30,310 nt of DNA from a virus (taxonomy: Duplodnaviria; Caudoviricetes): the IMG/VR virus record IMGVR_UViG_3300042334_000901, positions 1 through 30,310 of that record. One strand, written 5' to 3'. A program made the position numbers and the translations under genes. Numbering within the stretch: position 1 is the first letter of the stretch; the number at the start of each line of letters is the position of its first letter. Under the pieces are notes generated by a model. It was not told the DNA's origin. It did no database searches and saw only the letters and a program-made list of their open reading frames with translations. This document shows positions 17,889-26,660 of this stretch, in pieces.

Positions 17889-18647
17889 TTATTCGTCGCC
17901 GTATATTTTAAGAACCTCTGCAACAGTTGGATGACGTTCTACATCTTTTTGGGCAAATTGTACGAAACCAATGCGACTTGAGTTTCTTTGTTGTAATTTG
18001 TCTAAAAAGTCTTTTAGCCCATTTTCTTCAAATGTGCGGTCATGTTGAGTAATGTCACCCGTGACAATAATTCTGCTATTCTCACCAAGACGTGTAAGTA
18101 ACATCTTCATTTGGTTTGGAGTAGAGTTTTGAGATTCGTCAAATAAAATATATGAATTTTTAAAAGTTCTGCCCCTCATGTATGCTAATGGTGCTACTTC
18201 AATAATACCTTCTTCAACCATACCAGTAATATCAGTAGGAGAATAGTATTCTTCGATAACATCAAAAATAGGACGTGTCCACGGAGCCATTTTTTCCAAC
18301 AATGTGCCGGGTAAGAAACCATGTTGCTCATCAACGCTAACTGCTGGTCGTGTTATTACTATTTTTTCACAATCGCCATTTTTAAATGCTTTTATCGCAG
18401 CAAGGACCGCAAGCATTGTTTTTCCAGTTCCTGCTGGACCAATGGCAAAAACTATATCAATCTTGTCATTATCTAACAATTCGATATAATCTTCTTGTGC
18501 TAAGTTTTTTGGTAACATAATAACCGTATTGTTGCGTTTTTTATATTTTGTAAAGTCAACAACTTGTGGTTGGGTTCTTGCGGAAATTCTTGGGGTCGTG
18601 GTTTGTTCGTTTCCGAACGATTTAGTTTTTCTTGCTCTTTTTGTCAC
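17889..18647 (-). CDS. phoH: PhoH-family ATPase
   Basis: GPAGTGKT, ITRPAV, GFLPG, PLAYMRGRTF, DESQN, LTRLGE, GDITQHD, RHP; GTG start at 18647 with AGGAG RBS at 18656-18660. Confidence 0.95.
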   Translation of the reverse strand: MTKRARKTKSFGNEQTTTPRISARTQPQVVDFTKYKKRNNTVIMLPKNLAQEDYIELLDNDKIDIVFAIGPAGTGKTMLAVLAAIKAFKNGDCEKIVITRPAVSVDEQHGFLPGTLLEKMAPWTRPIFDVIEEYYSPTDITGMVEEGIIEVAPLAYMRGRTFKNSYILFDESQNSTPNQMKMLLTRLGENSRIIVTGDITQHDRTFEENGLKDFLDKLQQRNSSRIGFVQFAQKDVERHPTVAEVLKIYGDE

Positions 18648-18694
18648 AATGTGATCTCCTTGTATTTGCAAGTGTCGAGTCCAAGTCGCACAAG

Positions 18695-18717
18695 TATTTA
18701 GGAGCAAACCATAAATA
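18695..18717. promoter_or_regulatory. Back-to-back putative late promoters (CTAAATA on -, CATAAATA on +)
   Basis: Both motifs lie in the short divergent gap between phoH and the + strand operon. Confidence 0.5.
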
Positions 18718-18741
18718 ATGGTATATAAAGGGTATAAAATA

Positions 18742-19278
18742 ATGATTGATGATAATGAAATCGCAAAAACACTTAAAAAAATATATGACACAGATACCTC
18801 TCTTGATATGTTGTTAGAATTTGAAGAAGTATTAGACACCCTGCACATTTATGCATATAAAAATTGGATCATTGGGGAAGTAGCGGGTGGTCCAGAAATT
18901 AGTAGATATTGGGTAGAAGTTACGCTAATGTATCCATACAAACAAATGCCTGATCCAGATGGTGCATTACGATTGATCAAGCATGGGTGTTATGTTTACT
19001 ATGGCAAATATAAATACCGTGTAAGCAAAGAAATCGAAACGCCTGATGATCTTGAATTAACTGTTACAGGATCATCTACATCTAAAAGAAAACCAAAAAA
19101 AGAAATTATACAAGTATGGTTAATTAAAATTTCGATGCCAAGACATTTTGTTGATGAATTTGATAGTGAAAAAGTAAAAATAAATGGTGCTGAAATTGAT
19201 ATGAGTGCAGTAACCGATGCATTTGACAAGGGACTTGATTCCAAGAAAAATTCAGGAGAAGAAAATGAAGATAATTGA
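18742..19278 (+). CDS. Conserved jumbo-phage hypothetical protein
   Basis: LLEFEEVLD..HIYAYKNW..GE..GP...RYWV...MPDPDGA.RL; start 18742 or 18718. Confidence 0.75.
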   Translation: MIDDNEIAKTLKKIYDTDTSLDMLLEFEEVLDTLHIYAYKNWIIGEVAGGPEISRYWVEVTLMYPYKQMPDPDGALRLIKHGCYVYYGKYKYRVSKEIETPDDLELTVTGSSTSKRKPKKEIIQVWLIKISMPRHFVDEFDSEKVKINGAEIDMSAVTDAFDKGLDSKKNSGEENEDN

Positions 19279-19756
19279 GGGTTTAGAGGGTGAAGAACTT
19301 AAAGGATTAGTTTATAACACCATAAGCATAGACCAATATAAACCAAAAATAGGCACAGATGGAGAAACTGTGGTAGTAGCTTTTACAGTAAAGTATGAGG
19401 AACCTGCTACAGATTTAGCAAACTTTATTCAAACCAGTTATATAGAATTATTAGACGTAGAAGCATCAACTGTTCCAAATGAAGAAGGTGATTATAAAGT
19501 ATTCGTAGAATTCGATAGAACACCAAACTTGTACAAAAAAATATCACAACTGTTACATGACATAAATAACATTACCAGTAATTCTGGTGGAGAATGGAAA
19601 TATGAGTCATATAAAATGACAAGTCCAAAATCCTTTACTAAATCAAATCTTGAACAAGATATTATTTTTACTTCACAAGAATATGATTTAAAATATAAAA
19701 AGAAATCCGCTGAAGACAGCGTTAGAGAACGTATAGAGTTTTTATTAAAATATTAA
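19265..19756 (+). CDS. Conserved jumbo-phage hypothetical protein
   Basis: AGGAG RBS before the ATG at 19265; ISIDQYKPKIG, PATDLANFI, VFVEFDR. Confidence 0.75.
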   Translation: MKIIEGLEGEELKGLVYNTISIDQYKPKIGTDGETVVVAFTVKYEEPATDLANFIQTSYIELLDVEASTVPNEEGDYKVFVEFDRTPNLYKKISQLLHDINNITSNSGGEWKYESYKMTSPKSFTKSNLEQDIIFTSQEYDLKYKKKSAEDSVRERIEFLLKY

Positions 19757-19975
19757 ATGAGTAAAGAAACAATAACATTTATCGGAAAAGTCATTGAATG
19801 CCTGCCGAACGCAACATTTAAAGTAGAATTAGAAAATAAGCACCAAGTTTTTGGAATTATAAGTGGTAAAATAAGAAAATTTAACATCAATATATTACTT
19901 GGAGATACTGTTGATGTTGAAATATCACCATATGACCTTAGTAAAGGTCGGATAACATTTAGACATAAGAGTTAA
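19757..19975 (+). CDS. infA: Translation initiation factor IF-1
   Basis: 72 aa; MSKE...[16 protein letters not shown]...ISGKIR...I.IL.GD.V.VE.SPYDL.KGRITFR. Confidence 0.97.
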   Translation: MSKETITFIGKVIECLPNATFKVELENKHQVFGIISGKIRKFNINILLGDTVDVEISPYDLSKGRITFRHKS

Positions 19976-20448
19976 TGATAATGATTAGATTTTATTTTGG
20001 AATAGCTATTGCAATATTTATAGGAAGTTCTATAGGATTTGTATATTATTACTATAATTCAACACAGATAAAAATACAAACATTAACTATTGAAAATACA
20101 CAATTAGAAACTGCAGTGCAGGAAAATGAAAAAACAATAGACACACTATTGACTGATGTTGAAGCAATTAGAACTGAGAGAAATATGTTAGATAATCAGT
20201 TTAGATTGGCACAAGCCCAAGTAGAATTGTTGAAAAACAAATTATCAAAACATGATTTAGAATATTTGGCAAGTAAAAAACCGCAATTAGTAGAAAATAT
20301 TATTAATGGTGCAACAAACGATGTAAATCGTTGTTTCGAAATACTAAGCGGAAGTCCATTAACATTGGAGGAAATAGATGCAACGAAAAAAAGCGATATC
20401 AATACTTCGTGTTCTAACATTGCTAATCCTAATTATAATCCTAATTAG
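19975..20448 (+). CDS. Inner-membrane spanin (Rz-like)
   Basis: Single N-terminal TM helix, long coiled coil, C-terminal cysteines; overlapped by a lipoprotein gene. Confidence 0.75.
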   Translation: MIMIRFYFGIAIAIFIGSSIGFVYYYYNSTQIKIQTLTIENTQLETAVQENEKTIDTLLTDVEAIRTERNMLDNQFRLAQAQVELLKNKLSKHDLEYLASKKPQLVENIINGATNDVNRCFEILSGSPLTLEEIDATKKSDINTSCSNIANPNYNPN

Positions 20449-20794
20449 TGCATGTGGAACACCGAAAAAAGAAAATATAACTGAAATAAGAACAATTCCA
20501 ATAGATCGTCAAAATTTAATTTTACCACAAATCACTCCAATTAATCCAAGACAGGTAGATTGGAAAATTGTAACCCCAGAAAATGTAAATAAAATATTTG
20601 AAGATATGAAAAATTCAAATCAAGAAATGGTATTAATTGCATTAACTACTACTGGTTATGAAAATATAAGTTTAAATATGGCAGAAATAATGCGATTATT
20701 AGTAGAAAAAGACGCAATTATAGTTGCATATAAAAATTATTATGAAAAAACAGATCAAGCAATCATACAAAATAATTTACAAACTCAAAATTAG
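20378..20794 (+). CDS. Outer-membrane spanin lipoprotein (Rz1-like)
   Basis: GGAGG RBS; basic N-terminus, hydrophobic core, lipobox ISAC; 71-nt overlap with the i-spanin gene. Confidence 0.75.
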   Translation: MQRKKAISILRVLTLLILIIILISACGTPKKENITEIRTIPIDRQNLILPQITPINPRQVDWKIVTPENVNKIFEDMKNSNQEMVLIALTTTGYENISLNMAEIMRLLVEKDAIIVAYKNYYEKTDQAIIQNNLQTQN

Positions 20795-20795
20795 C

Positions 20796-20824
20796 TTGAC
20801 AACTACCCTAACATATAGTAATAT
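20796..20824 (+). promoter_or_regulatory. Sigma70-type promoter for clpA
   Basis: TTGACA-17 nt-TAATAT. Confidence 0.75.
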
Positions 20825-20851
20825 GTGGTATAACAATAAAAAAGGGATAAC

Positions 20852-23098
20852 ATGAATAATCCACGTGTAGAAAATATCGTAAATCAAGCGTTTCAACTTG
20901 CCGGAAGTCACAATCATCAATATGTAACATTAGAACATCTTTCGGCGGCATTATTGGATGATCCAGAAATTAAAGAATTATGTGAGAATATTTCTTGCGA
21001 TGCTAAAGAAATCAGTATCGAATTAAATAATTATATTGATTTTAGCCTTACTGATATAGTAACTGAACCTGCGGTAAAACCAAAAAAGACAGTTACGTTA
21101 GAAAGAGTATTTAATCGTGCATTGGCACAAGCATTTTTCTCAGGCAAAAGAGCAATCCATACTGTTGATCTATTACTTTCAGTTTTAGCAGAGACAGAAT
21201 CACCATCAGTTTACATTTGTAGTAAGTATGGATTGGATCGTGAAAGTCTAGTTCAATTTATTCTAAATGAAGAAGCAAGTATTGCAAATTCTGGTAATAG
21301 TCAAACAAAACAATCATCGCAAAATTCAGGATTTAATAAACAAAAAAGAAAGTCAGTTTTAGAAAAATATACAACAAATCTGAATAAACTGGCAGAAGAA
21401 GGTAAGATAGATAATCTTATAGGCAGAGAATTAGAATTAGAGCAACTGGCACAAACTCTTACCAGAAAAAAGAAAAATAATGCCATCTTAGTAGGAGAAG
21501 CAGGAACTGGCAAAACAGCAATCGTAGAAGGACTTGCTCTAAAAATAGAAAAAGGCGAAGTTCCAGAAACAATTCAAGATTATATAATCTATAGTCTTAA
21601 TGTTGGAGCATTAATGGCGGGAACAAAATATCGTGGCGATTTTGAAGAACGACTACAAGAAATAATAGAAGAATTAGAAAAAGAAGAAAATTGTATATTA
21701 TTCATTGATGAAATTCATACAATTATGGGTGCCGGAACAGGAAACAGTGGTGGTCTTGACTTAGCAAATATGCTAAAACCTGCACTTCAGAATGGAAGTA
21801 TAAAATGTATTGGCTCTACCACGTATAGCGAATATAGAGAGCGTTTTGAAAAAGATAGTGCACTTGTTCGACGTTTTCATAAAATTGATGTTAGTGAACC
21901 AACCGCAGAAGAAGCAAAGCAAATAATTGCACAAAGTATCGCTTCCTATGAAAAATATCATGATATTAAAATAGAAAAAGATACCATAGATTTAGTAGTT
22001 GATCTAAGTATTCAGTTTCTATATAATAAAAAACTTCCAGATAAAGCGTTTGATTTGATTGATAGTGCATGTGCCCAAAAAAGAATTCAAAAGAGAAATA
22101 GACGGACTAAATTAAAACTAACTGGAGAAGACATTAAAATAGAAATTGCAAAAATTTGTAAAATTCCAGTTAATATGGTTACTACTAATGCATCAAAAAA
22201 AGAAACTATTGATGTCGAAAGTAAATTAAAAGAATTAGTATTTGGTCAAGATATTGCAATATCAACTCTTGCAGACTCAATTTATATTAGCCAAGCTGGA
22301 TTAAAAAGCAAAAACAAACCTATTGGATCATATCTATTCACTGGTCCAACTGGTGTTGGTAAAACAGAATTGACAAAAGCATTAGCAGAAACTATGAAAC
22401 TCACATTGGTAAGATTCGATATGAGTGAATACCAAGAAAAGCATACTGTTGCTAAATTAATTGGTTCTCCCCCCGGTTATGTTGGATATAGCGATGGAAA
22501 TCAAGGTAGTGGTGCATTAATCAATGAATTAGAACAAAATCCAAATTGTATTTTACTTTTAGATGAAGTTGAAAAAGCACACCCAGATGTTCTAAATGTT
22601 TTGCTCCAGATAATGGATAATGGCATGATTACTGGAAGCAATGGCAAAAAAGTTAGTGCAAGAAATTCAGTAATTATTATGACCAGCAATTTAGGTGCTG
22701 CTGACAGTGAAAAAAATGTAATTGGTTTCAGTGGTGGTAAACACGACGAAGAACAAGATACCGCAGTAAAACGCTTTTTCTCTCCAGAATTTAGAAATAG
22801 ACTGGATGCAGTAGTAAAATTCAAAAAACTAGACAAAACATATATTCATAAGATTGCAGAGAAATTCCTAAAAGAATTACAAGATTTAGCCAAAGAGCGT
22901 AATGTAAAACTAGAATGGGATAAAAATGTGGTTGAATGGGTAAGTGAAAAAGGATTTGATCCGTTGATGGGAGCAAGACCTATGGCCCGTGTGGTTAATG
23001 AATATATCAAAAAACCACTTTCTCGCAAGATGCTATTTGGCGAACCAGTTAAGAAAATTGTTATTAAATTAACTGAAAATTCCATAAATATAGAGTGA
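20852..23098 (+). CDS. clpA: ATP-dependent Clp protease ATPase subunit, ClpA type
   Basis: Clp N-domain (HQYVTLEHL), two AAA+ modules (GEAGTGKT/FIDEIH; GPTGVGKT/LLDEVEKAH), no long ClpB middle domain, IGF loop (NVIGF). Confidence 0.93.
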   Translation: MNNPRVENIVNQAFQLAGSHNHQYVTLEHLSAALLDDPEIKELCENISCDAKEISIELNNYIDFSLTDIVTEPAVKPKKTVTLERVFNRALAQAFFSGKRAIHTVDLLLSVLAETESPSVYICSKYGLDRESLVQFILNEEASIANSGNSQTKQSSQNSGFNKQKRKSVLEKYTTNLNKLAEEGKIDNLIGRELELEQLAQTLTRKKKNNAILVGEAGTGKTAIVEGLALKIEKGEVPETIQDYIIYSLNVGALMAGTKYRGDFEERLQEIIEELEKEENCILFIDEIHTIMGAGTGNSGGLDLANMLKPALQNGSIKCIGSTTYSEYRERFEKDSALVRRFHKIDVSEPTAEEAKQIIAQSIASYEKYHDIKIEKDTIDLVVDLSIQFLYNKKLPDKAFDLIDSACAQKRIQKRNRRTKLKLTGEDIKIEIAKICKIPVNMVTTNASKKETIDVESKLKELVFGQDIAISTLADSIYISQAGLKSKNKPIGSYLFTGPTGVGKTELTKALAETMKLTLVRFDMSEYQEKHTVAKLIGSPPGYVGYSDGNQGSGALINELEQNPNCILLLDEVEKAHPDVLNVLLQIMDNGMITGSNGKKVSARNSVIIMTSNLGAADSEKNVIGFSGGKHDEEQDTAVKRFFSPEFRNRLDAVVKFKKLDKTYIHKIAEKFLKELQDLAKERNVKLEWDKNVVEWVSEKGFDPLMGARPMARVVNEYIKKPLSRKMLFGEPVKKIVIKLTENSINIE
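23083..23090 (+). promoter_or_regulatory. Putative late promoter (CATAAATA)
   Basis: In the clpA 3' end, upstream of structural-type genes. Confidence 0.45.
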
Positions 23099-23103
23099 GA
23101 ACT

Positions 23104-23133
23104 TGAACCCAGACAGTTCTGGGTTCATTATTT
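23104..23133 (+). terminator. Hairpin after clpA (terminator or 5' leader stem)
   Basis: tgaacccaga-cagt-tctgggttca then ttattt (weak U tract). Confidence 0.6.
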
Positions 23134-23144
23134 AGGAATATACA

Positions 23145-23552
23145 ATGTCACAGATAAGTTATACGTTATTAATACATTCACCAGTATTATCATATAGCGG
23201 CAATCCCGTGCGGGTTGATGTATTTGGTGGAAATACACAAAATTTACACACCGTTAGTGCTTCTGTTAACAATTTTATTGGAAGAATTTATATAGAAGGA
23301 ACTATAGCAACAAGTCCCACCGAAAATGACTGGTTTCCAATATATTTAACTAGTGGGACTTCTTATAGACAATATCCCGTAAATTCAACAATACCAACTG
23401 GAACTAACCAAGGTGATACAAGGACCGAAGGATTTACATTTAGAGCAAATTTATTGTATATTCGTGCAAGAATTGACCGTTCACATTTAAATGCAACCAG
23501 CTATGATCAAACCATACATGGTTCAATAAACTCTATATTACTAAATACTTAA
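23145..23552 (+). CDS. Probable virion structural protein
   Basis: Beta-rich; GRIYIEGTIA..P...DWF, F.AN..YIRA; late motif upstream. Confidence 0.6.
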   Translation: MSQISYTLLIHSPVLSYSGNPVRVDVFGGNTQNLHTVSASVNNFIGRIYIEGTIATSPTENDWFPIYLTSGTSYRQYPVNSTIPTGTNQGDTRTEGFTFRANLLYIRARIDRSHLNATSYDQTIHGSINSILLNT

Positions 23553-23565
23553 AAGGATTTAGATT

Positions 23566-24249
23566 ATGGCAATTTTCGCAAGCACTTCTACGATTACAAC
23601 ACAAACTGTCCCACTTATTATAGTTGATCCTGCAACTATTACACAAGATTATCTACTAGTTTGGGATGCAACAGTTGGTGCATTTATTGCAAAAATACCA
23701 GATTTCCCAAACTTCTATAATATAGATATTGGTGGTACAAATATAACTGGCGTATTACCCATTGCAAATGGTGGAACTGGATTATCTGAATACAACAAAG
23801 GTGATATGTTATATGCCAATGAGGTAGGTGGAGAAATAGTATTAGATAAACTGCCAATAGGAACTGGCAGTTATGATAATGTATTAACTACAGTTGATGG
23901 ATTACCATCATGGACTAGTGCATCAAATATAAAAAATATTGTAATAACTCGCACAGCATCAGTATCTACCGAATCAGGAAATATAGGTGTATTAACTCCA
24001 GAAAATACACAATTAATTAAAATTACTATTTTAGTAACCATTCCATATAACATAGAAGCAACTATGTCAATTGGAACAGATGTTGCAGATAGTGAAATAA
24101 TTAATTCTACTGACATTGATTTGTCTAAAGTAGGACAATATGTCTATGCAATTGATTCATTCTATGCAAATCCTATACAATTATATTATAATATCGAAAA
24201 TGCAACAACAGGTGCCGCAAAAATAATAGTAGAATTTGTGGCTCAATAG
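23566..24249 (+). CDS. Probable tail/fibre-associated structural protein
   Basis: TGVLPIANGGTG and GDMLYA...LPIG...VLT...G.PSW fibre-type repeats; CTAAATA at 23541-23547. Confidence 0.65.
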   Translation: MAIFASTSTITTQTVPLIIVDPATITQDYLLVWDATVGAFIAKIPDFPNFYNIDIGGTNITGVLPIANGGTGLSEYNKGDMLYANEVGGEIVLDKLPIGTGSYDNVLTTVDGLPSWTSASNIKNIVITRTASVSTESGNIGVLTPENTQLIKITILVTIPYNIEATMSIGTDVADSEIINSTDIDLSKVGQYVYAIDSFYANPIQLYYNIENATTGAAKIIVEFVAQ

Positions 24250-24327
24250 CTAGTTTTTTTTAAAAAAACATAAATAAATGTAAGTGTTAAGATAAAGAAC
24301 ACATAAAACATATCAAGGAGAATTAAA

Positions 24328-24657
24328 ATGGTTACTCGTAATCCAAACAACCTAGTAGCATTCGGAAAAGGCAACTATGGTGCCCCTGTCACTCACTACA
24401 CTATTGACGCAGGCGGCGACTTAACTAACGAAACAAATCCAGGCGAAGCTATGGATTTTATCGTTCGCGTTATTGCTCTAAAAGGAACAATCATCGCAAT
24501 CGGTGCAACTGCTACTGATGGTATTTTCCGTGTAGCAATCGAAAACAGTGACTGGACTGCTACCGATCTACAAGCTGCAATCGTTGCATTAGGTGCTACT
24601 GTCGGCACTAACAACTATAGCTGCAGTTCAGCTACTGTTGCTGTATTCGCATACTAA
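24328..24657 (+). CDS. Small Ala/Thr/Gly-rich protein, probably an abundant virion component
   Basis: CATAAATA at 24269-24276, AAGGAG RBS, own terminator, high-expression codon choice (TTC, AAC, ATC, GCT, CGT). Confidence 0.7.
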   Translation: MVTRNPNNLVAFGKGNYGAPVTHYTIDAGGDLTNETNPGEAMDFIVRVIALKGTIIAIGATATDGIFRVAIENSDWTATDLQAAIVALGATVGTNNYSCSSATVAVFAY

Positions 24658-24677
24658 TTTCTAAAATTATATGTGAG

Positions 24678-24706
24678 AAAAGGGGGCTTTTATGCCCCCT
24701 TTTTTT
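24678..24706 (+). terminator. Rho-independent terminator
   Basis: aaaagggggc-ttttat-gccccc followed by T7. Confidence 0.92.
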
Positions 24707-24713
24707 ATAAATA
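24706..24713 (+). promoter_or_regulatory. T4-consensus late promoter TATAAATA
   Basis: Exact TATAAATA, 22 nt before the ATG at 24736. Confidence 0.65.
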
Positions 24714-24735
24714 TATGATATTACGGAGTCATTAT

Positions 24736-24993
24736 ATGAAAAATTTTAAAAATACATTATGGTGGAATGCTCCTGCATACTTTGATAGATGGAGAATGTT
24801 TCCAAGATTATTCATCGGAATATATCTATATCTATTAGTAGAAGTAGTATTTTGGTTTATGAGTTTACCTTCTCCAAATATGGAACAAGCTGGATTAGTC
24901 AGTGTTATTGTAGGTGCAGGAACTGCATGGTTTGGAATTTATACTAGAGAACCTGCAAAAAATTTAGATAACGAAAAAGAAGAGTCGCAATAA
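24736..24993 (+). CDS. Two-TM membrane protein, holin-like
   Basis: GGAG RBS; DRWRMFPR followed by two hydrophobic helices and a charged tail. Confidence 0.6.
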   Translation: MKNFKNTLWWNAPAYFDRWRMFPRLFIGIYLYLLVEVVFWFMSLPSPNMEQAGLVSVIVGAGTAWFGIYTREPAKNLDNEKEESQ

Positions 24994-24995
24994 TC

Positions 24996-25484
24996 ATGCA
25001 TTACTTTATAATATTAAAAACCAATGAACAACTTAGTAAACCACAATTACACAATTGGTTTAATATTGTTAATCAATTTATTCAAGCAGATACTATTTCA
25101 AATAAAAAAATAAAAATATCTAAAAACAATGACGAATATTCATATAAAATAGACCTCAATACACATATCACACAAGAAGATATCATGTTTATAAGCTATG
25201 CATGGGAATCAGTATATGATGGAAACTTTGAAATATTAGTAAGTGACCACTATAGTTTAGAAGAAGAAGAATTAAAAAAATTAAAAGAAAAGATTTCTAG
25301 ATATATTCACAATAAATGGGTTGATGAAAAAATGTCAGAAGGATGGAGATACGGAATCAATAATAATAGCAATCAAAAAACAAGTCCGTATCTTAGAAAT
25401 TGGGATTCACTCCCAGAAGATTTTAGAAAAATACTAGAACTTGATGCGAAAAAAGCAGTAGATTTTTCTAAGAAATATCTTTAA
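24996..25484 (+). CDS. RyR-domain-containing protein
   Basis: C-terminal IHNKWVDEKMSEGWRYG......KTSPYLRNWDSLPEDFRK fits the RyR repeat pattern H..W...K...GW.YG......K.HP.L.P...L.E..K. Confidence 0.8.
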   Translation: MHYFIILKTNEQLSKPQLHNWFNIVNQFIQADTISNKKIKISKNNDEYSYKIDLNTHITQEDIMFISYAWESVYDGNFEILVSDHYSLEEEELKKLKEKISRYIHNKWVDEKMSEGWRYGINNNSNQKTSPYLRNWDSLPEDFRKILELDAKKAVDFSKKYL

Positions 25485-25492
25485 AGTTGTGG

Positions 25493-25521
25493 TTGACATA
25501 GCCCTTCAGTAGTGTTACTAT
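25493..25521 (+). promoter_or_regulatory. Sigma70-type promoter with extended -10
   Basis: TTGACA-17 nt-TACTAT, with TG one base upstream of the -10. Confidence 0.8.
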
Positions 25522-25554
25522 TAGGAAGTATCATTATCCATAAAGGTTATACCC

Positions 25555-26583
25555 ATGACTAATCGAATCGGTTTTGCGTGTATGTATTATCATGATAAAC
25601 GAAATCATACCGCATCTACCTTAAAACAAATTGAATCTCAATATAATACAAATACCACGACAATTGCATGGTTGAATCGACAATCTACGAAAGTAGCGGA
25701 AGAAAAATTATTGTCTATAGCATTTGGAAATGCTGAAAAAGCATATAAGCTAATAAATTATGTCAGCAACCTCCCAGATGCACTTCGATTTTTACGGTTA
25801 AGTAGTGATCAGTGTCCCGCATACACCCATCATCAATGGAAATATTTTTATAAACAGAAATCGGTATCTGATGAATTAGAACGACTATGGAAACGAAATG
25901 GAGAACTTGCCAGATTAAATAACATCAGGTTATCATTCCATCCTGGGCAATTCTGTGTTTTGGCTTCCGATAATCCAGATGTAGTAACCAATAGTATCCA
26001 AGAGTTCGAATATCATTGCGATATGATTCGATGGATGGGTTATGGAAAAGAATGGAAGGATTTTAAATGCAATGTGCATATTGGCGGGCGGCTTGGTCCT
26101 GATGGGATTCGTGCAGTATATCCACTACTTAGCACAGAAGCACGTAATACTATCACTATCGAAAATGACGAGTTTGGTTGGGGTCTAGATTCATGTCTAG
26201 AACTTGCTGACATCATTCCGATTGTGCTAGATATTCACCATCATTATATCAGAACTGGTGGAGAATATATTCAATCATCTGACACTCGTATTAAACAGAT
26301 ATTAGATAGCTGGCGTGGCATTCGTCCAGTTATGCATTACAGTGTCAGTAGAGAAGAATATGCACGTGATAATATGACATTGCCAGACATGCAAATGTTG
26401 TTGACCGAAGGCCATAAACCACAGTCATTACGTGCACACAGCGACATGCTTAATAATTCTGCATGTAACAATTGGGCATTGTCATTCTGGAATGATTTTG
26501 ATATTATGGTGGAAGCAAAATGCAAGAATCTTGCAAGTAAACAGCTATATCAGCAATTTTTACTAAATAATAATGTCAATTGA
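25555..26583 (+). CDS. uvsE: UV damage endonuclease (UvsE/UvdE)
   Basis: RIGFAC, RLSS, RLSFHPGQF, NVHIGG, IENDE, LDIHHH, HYS.SR, AHSD, DIMVEAKCK. Confidence 0.95.
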   Translation: MTNRIGFACMYYHDKRNHTASTLKQIESQYNTNTTTIAWLNRQSTKVAEEKLLSIAFGNAEKAYKLINYVSNLPDALRFLRLSSDQCPAYTHHQWKYFYKQKSVSDELERLWKRNGELARLNNIRLSFHPGQFCVLASDNPDVVTNSIQEFEYHCDMIRWMGYGKEWKDFKCNVHIGGRLGPDGIRAVYPLLSTEARNTITIENDEFGWGLDSCLELADIIPIVLDIHHHYIRTGGEYIQSSDTRIKQILDSWRGIRPVMHYSVSREEYARDNMTLPDMQMLLTEGHKPQSLRAHSDMLNNSACNNWALSFWNDFDIMVEAKCKNLASKQLYQQFLLNNNVN

Positions 26584-26632
26584 CCCATACGGGTTTTACG
26601 GGGTTTCCTTCCTCGTAGTAGGTTAGAACCTA
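26582..26632 (+). other. Structured 5' leader with three consecutive hairpins
   Basis: gaccc-atac-gggtt; tacgggg-tttcctt-cctcgta; taggt-taga-accta; GC-rich relative to its surroundings and downstream of CTAAATA (26563-26569). Confidence 0.5.
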
Positions 26633-26660
26633 TAAGAGACAATCAAAAAGGAGAAGTAAT

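Noticed and set aside
18648-18848. N-terminal extension of PhoH in the ORF track
   Set aside because: It overlaps the divergent gene; a GTG with an AGGAG RBS at 18647 gives a normal-length PhoH.
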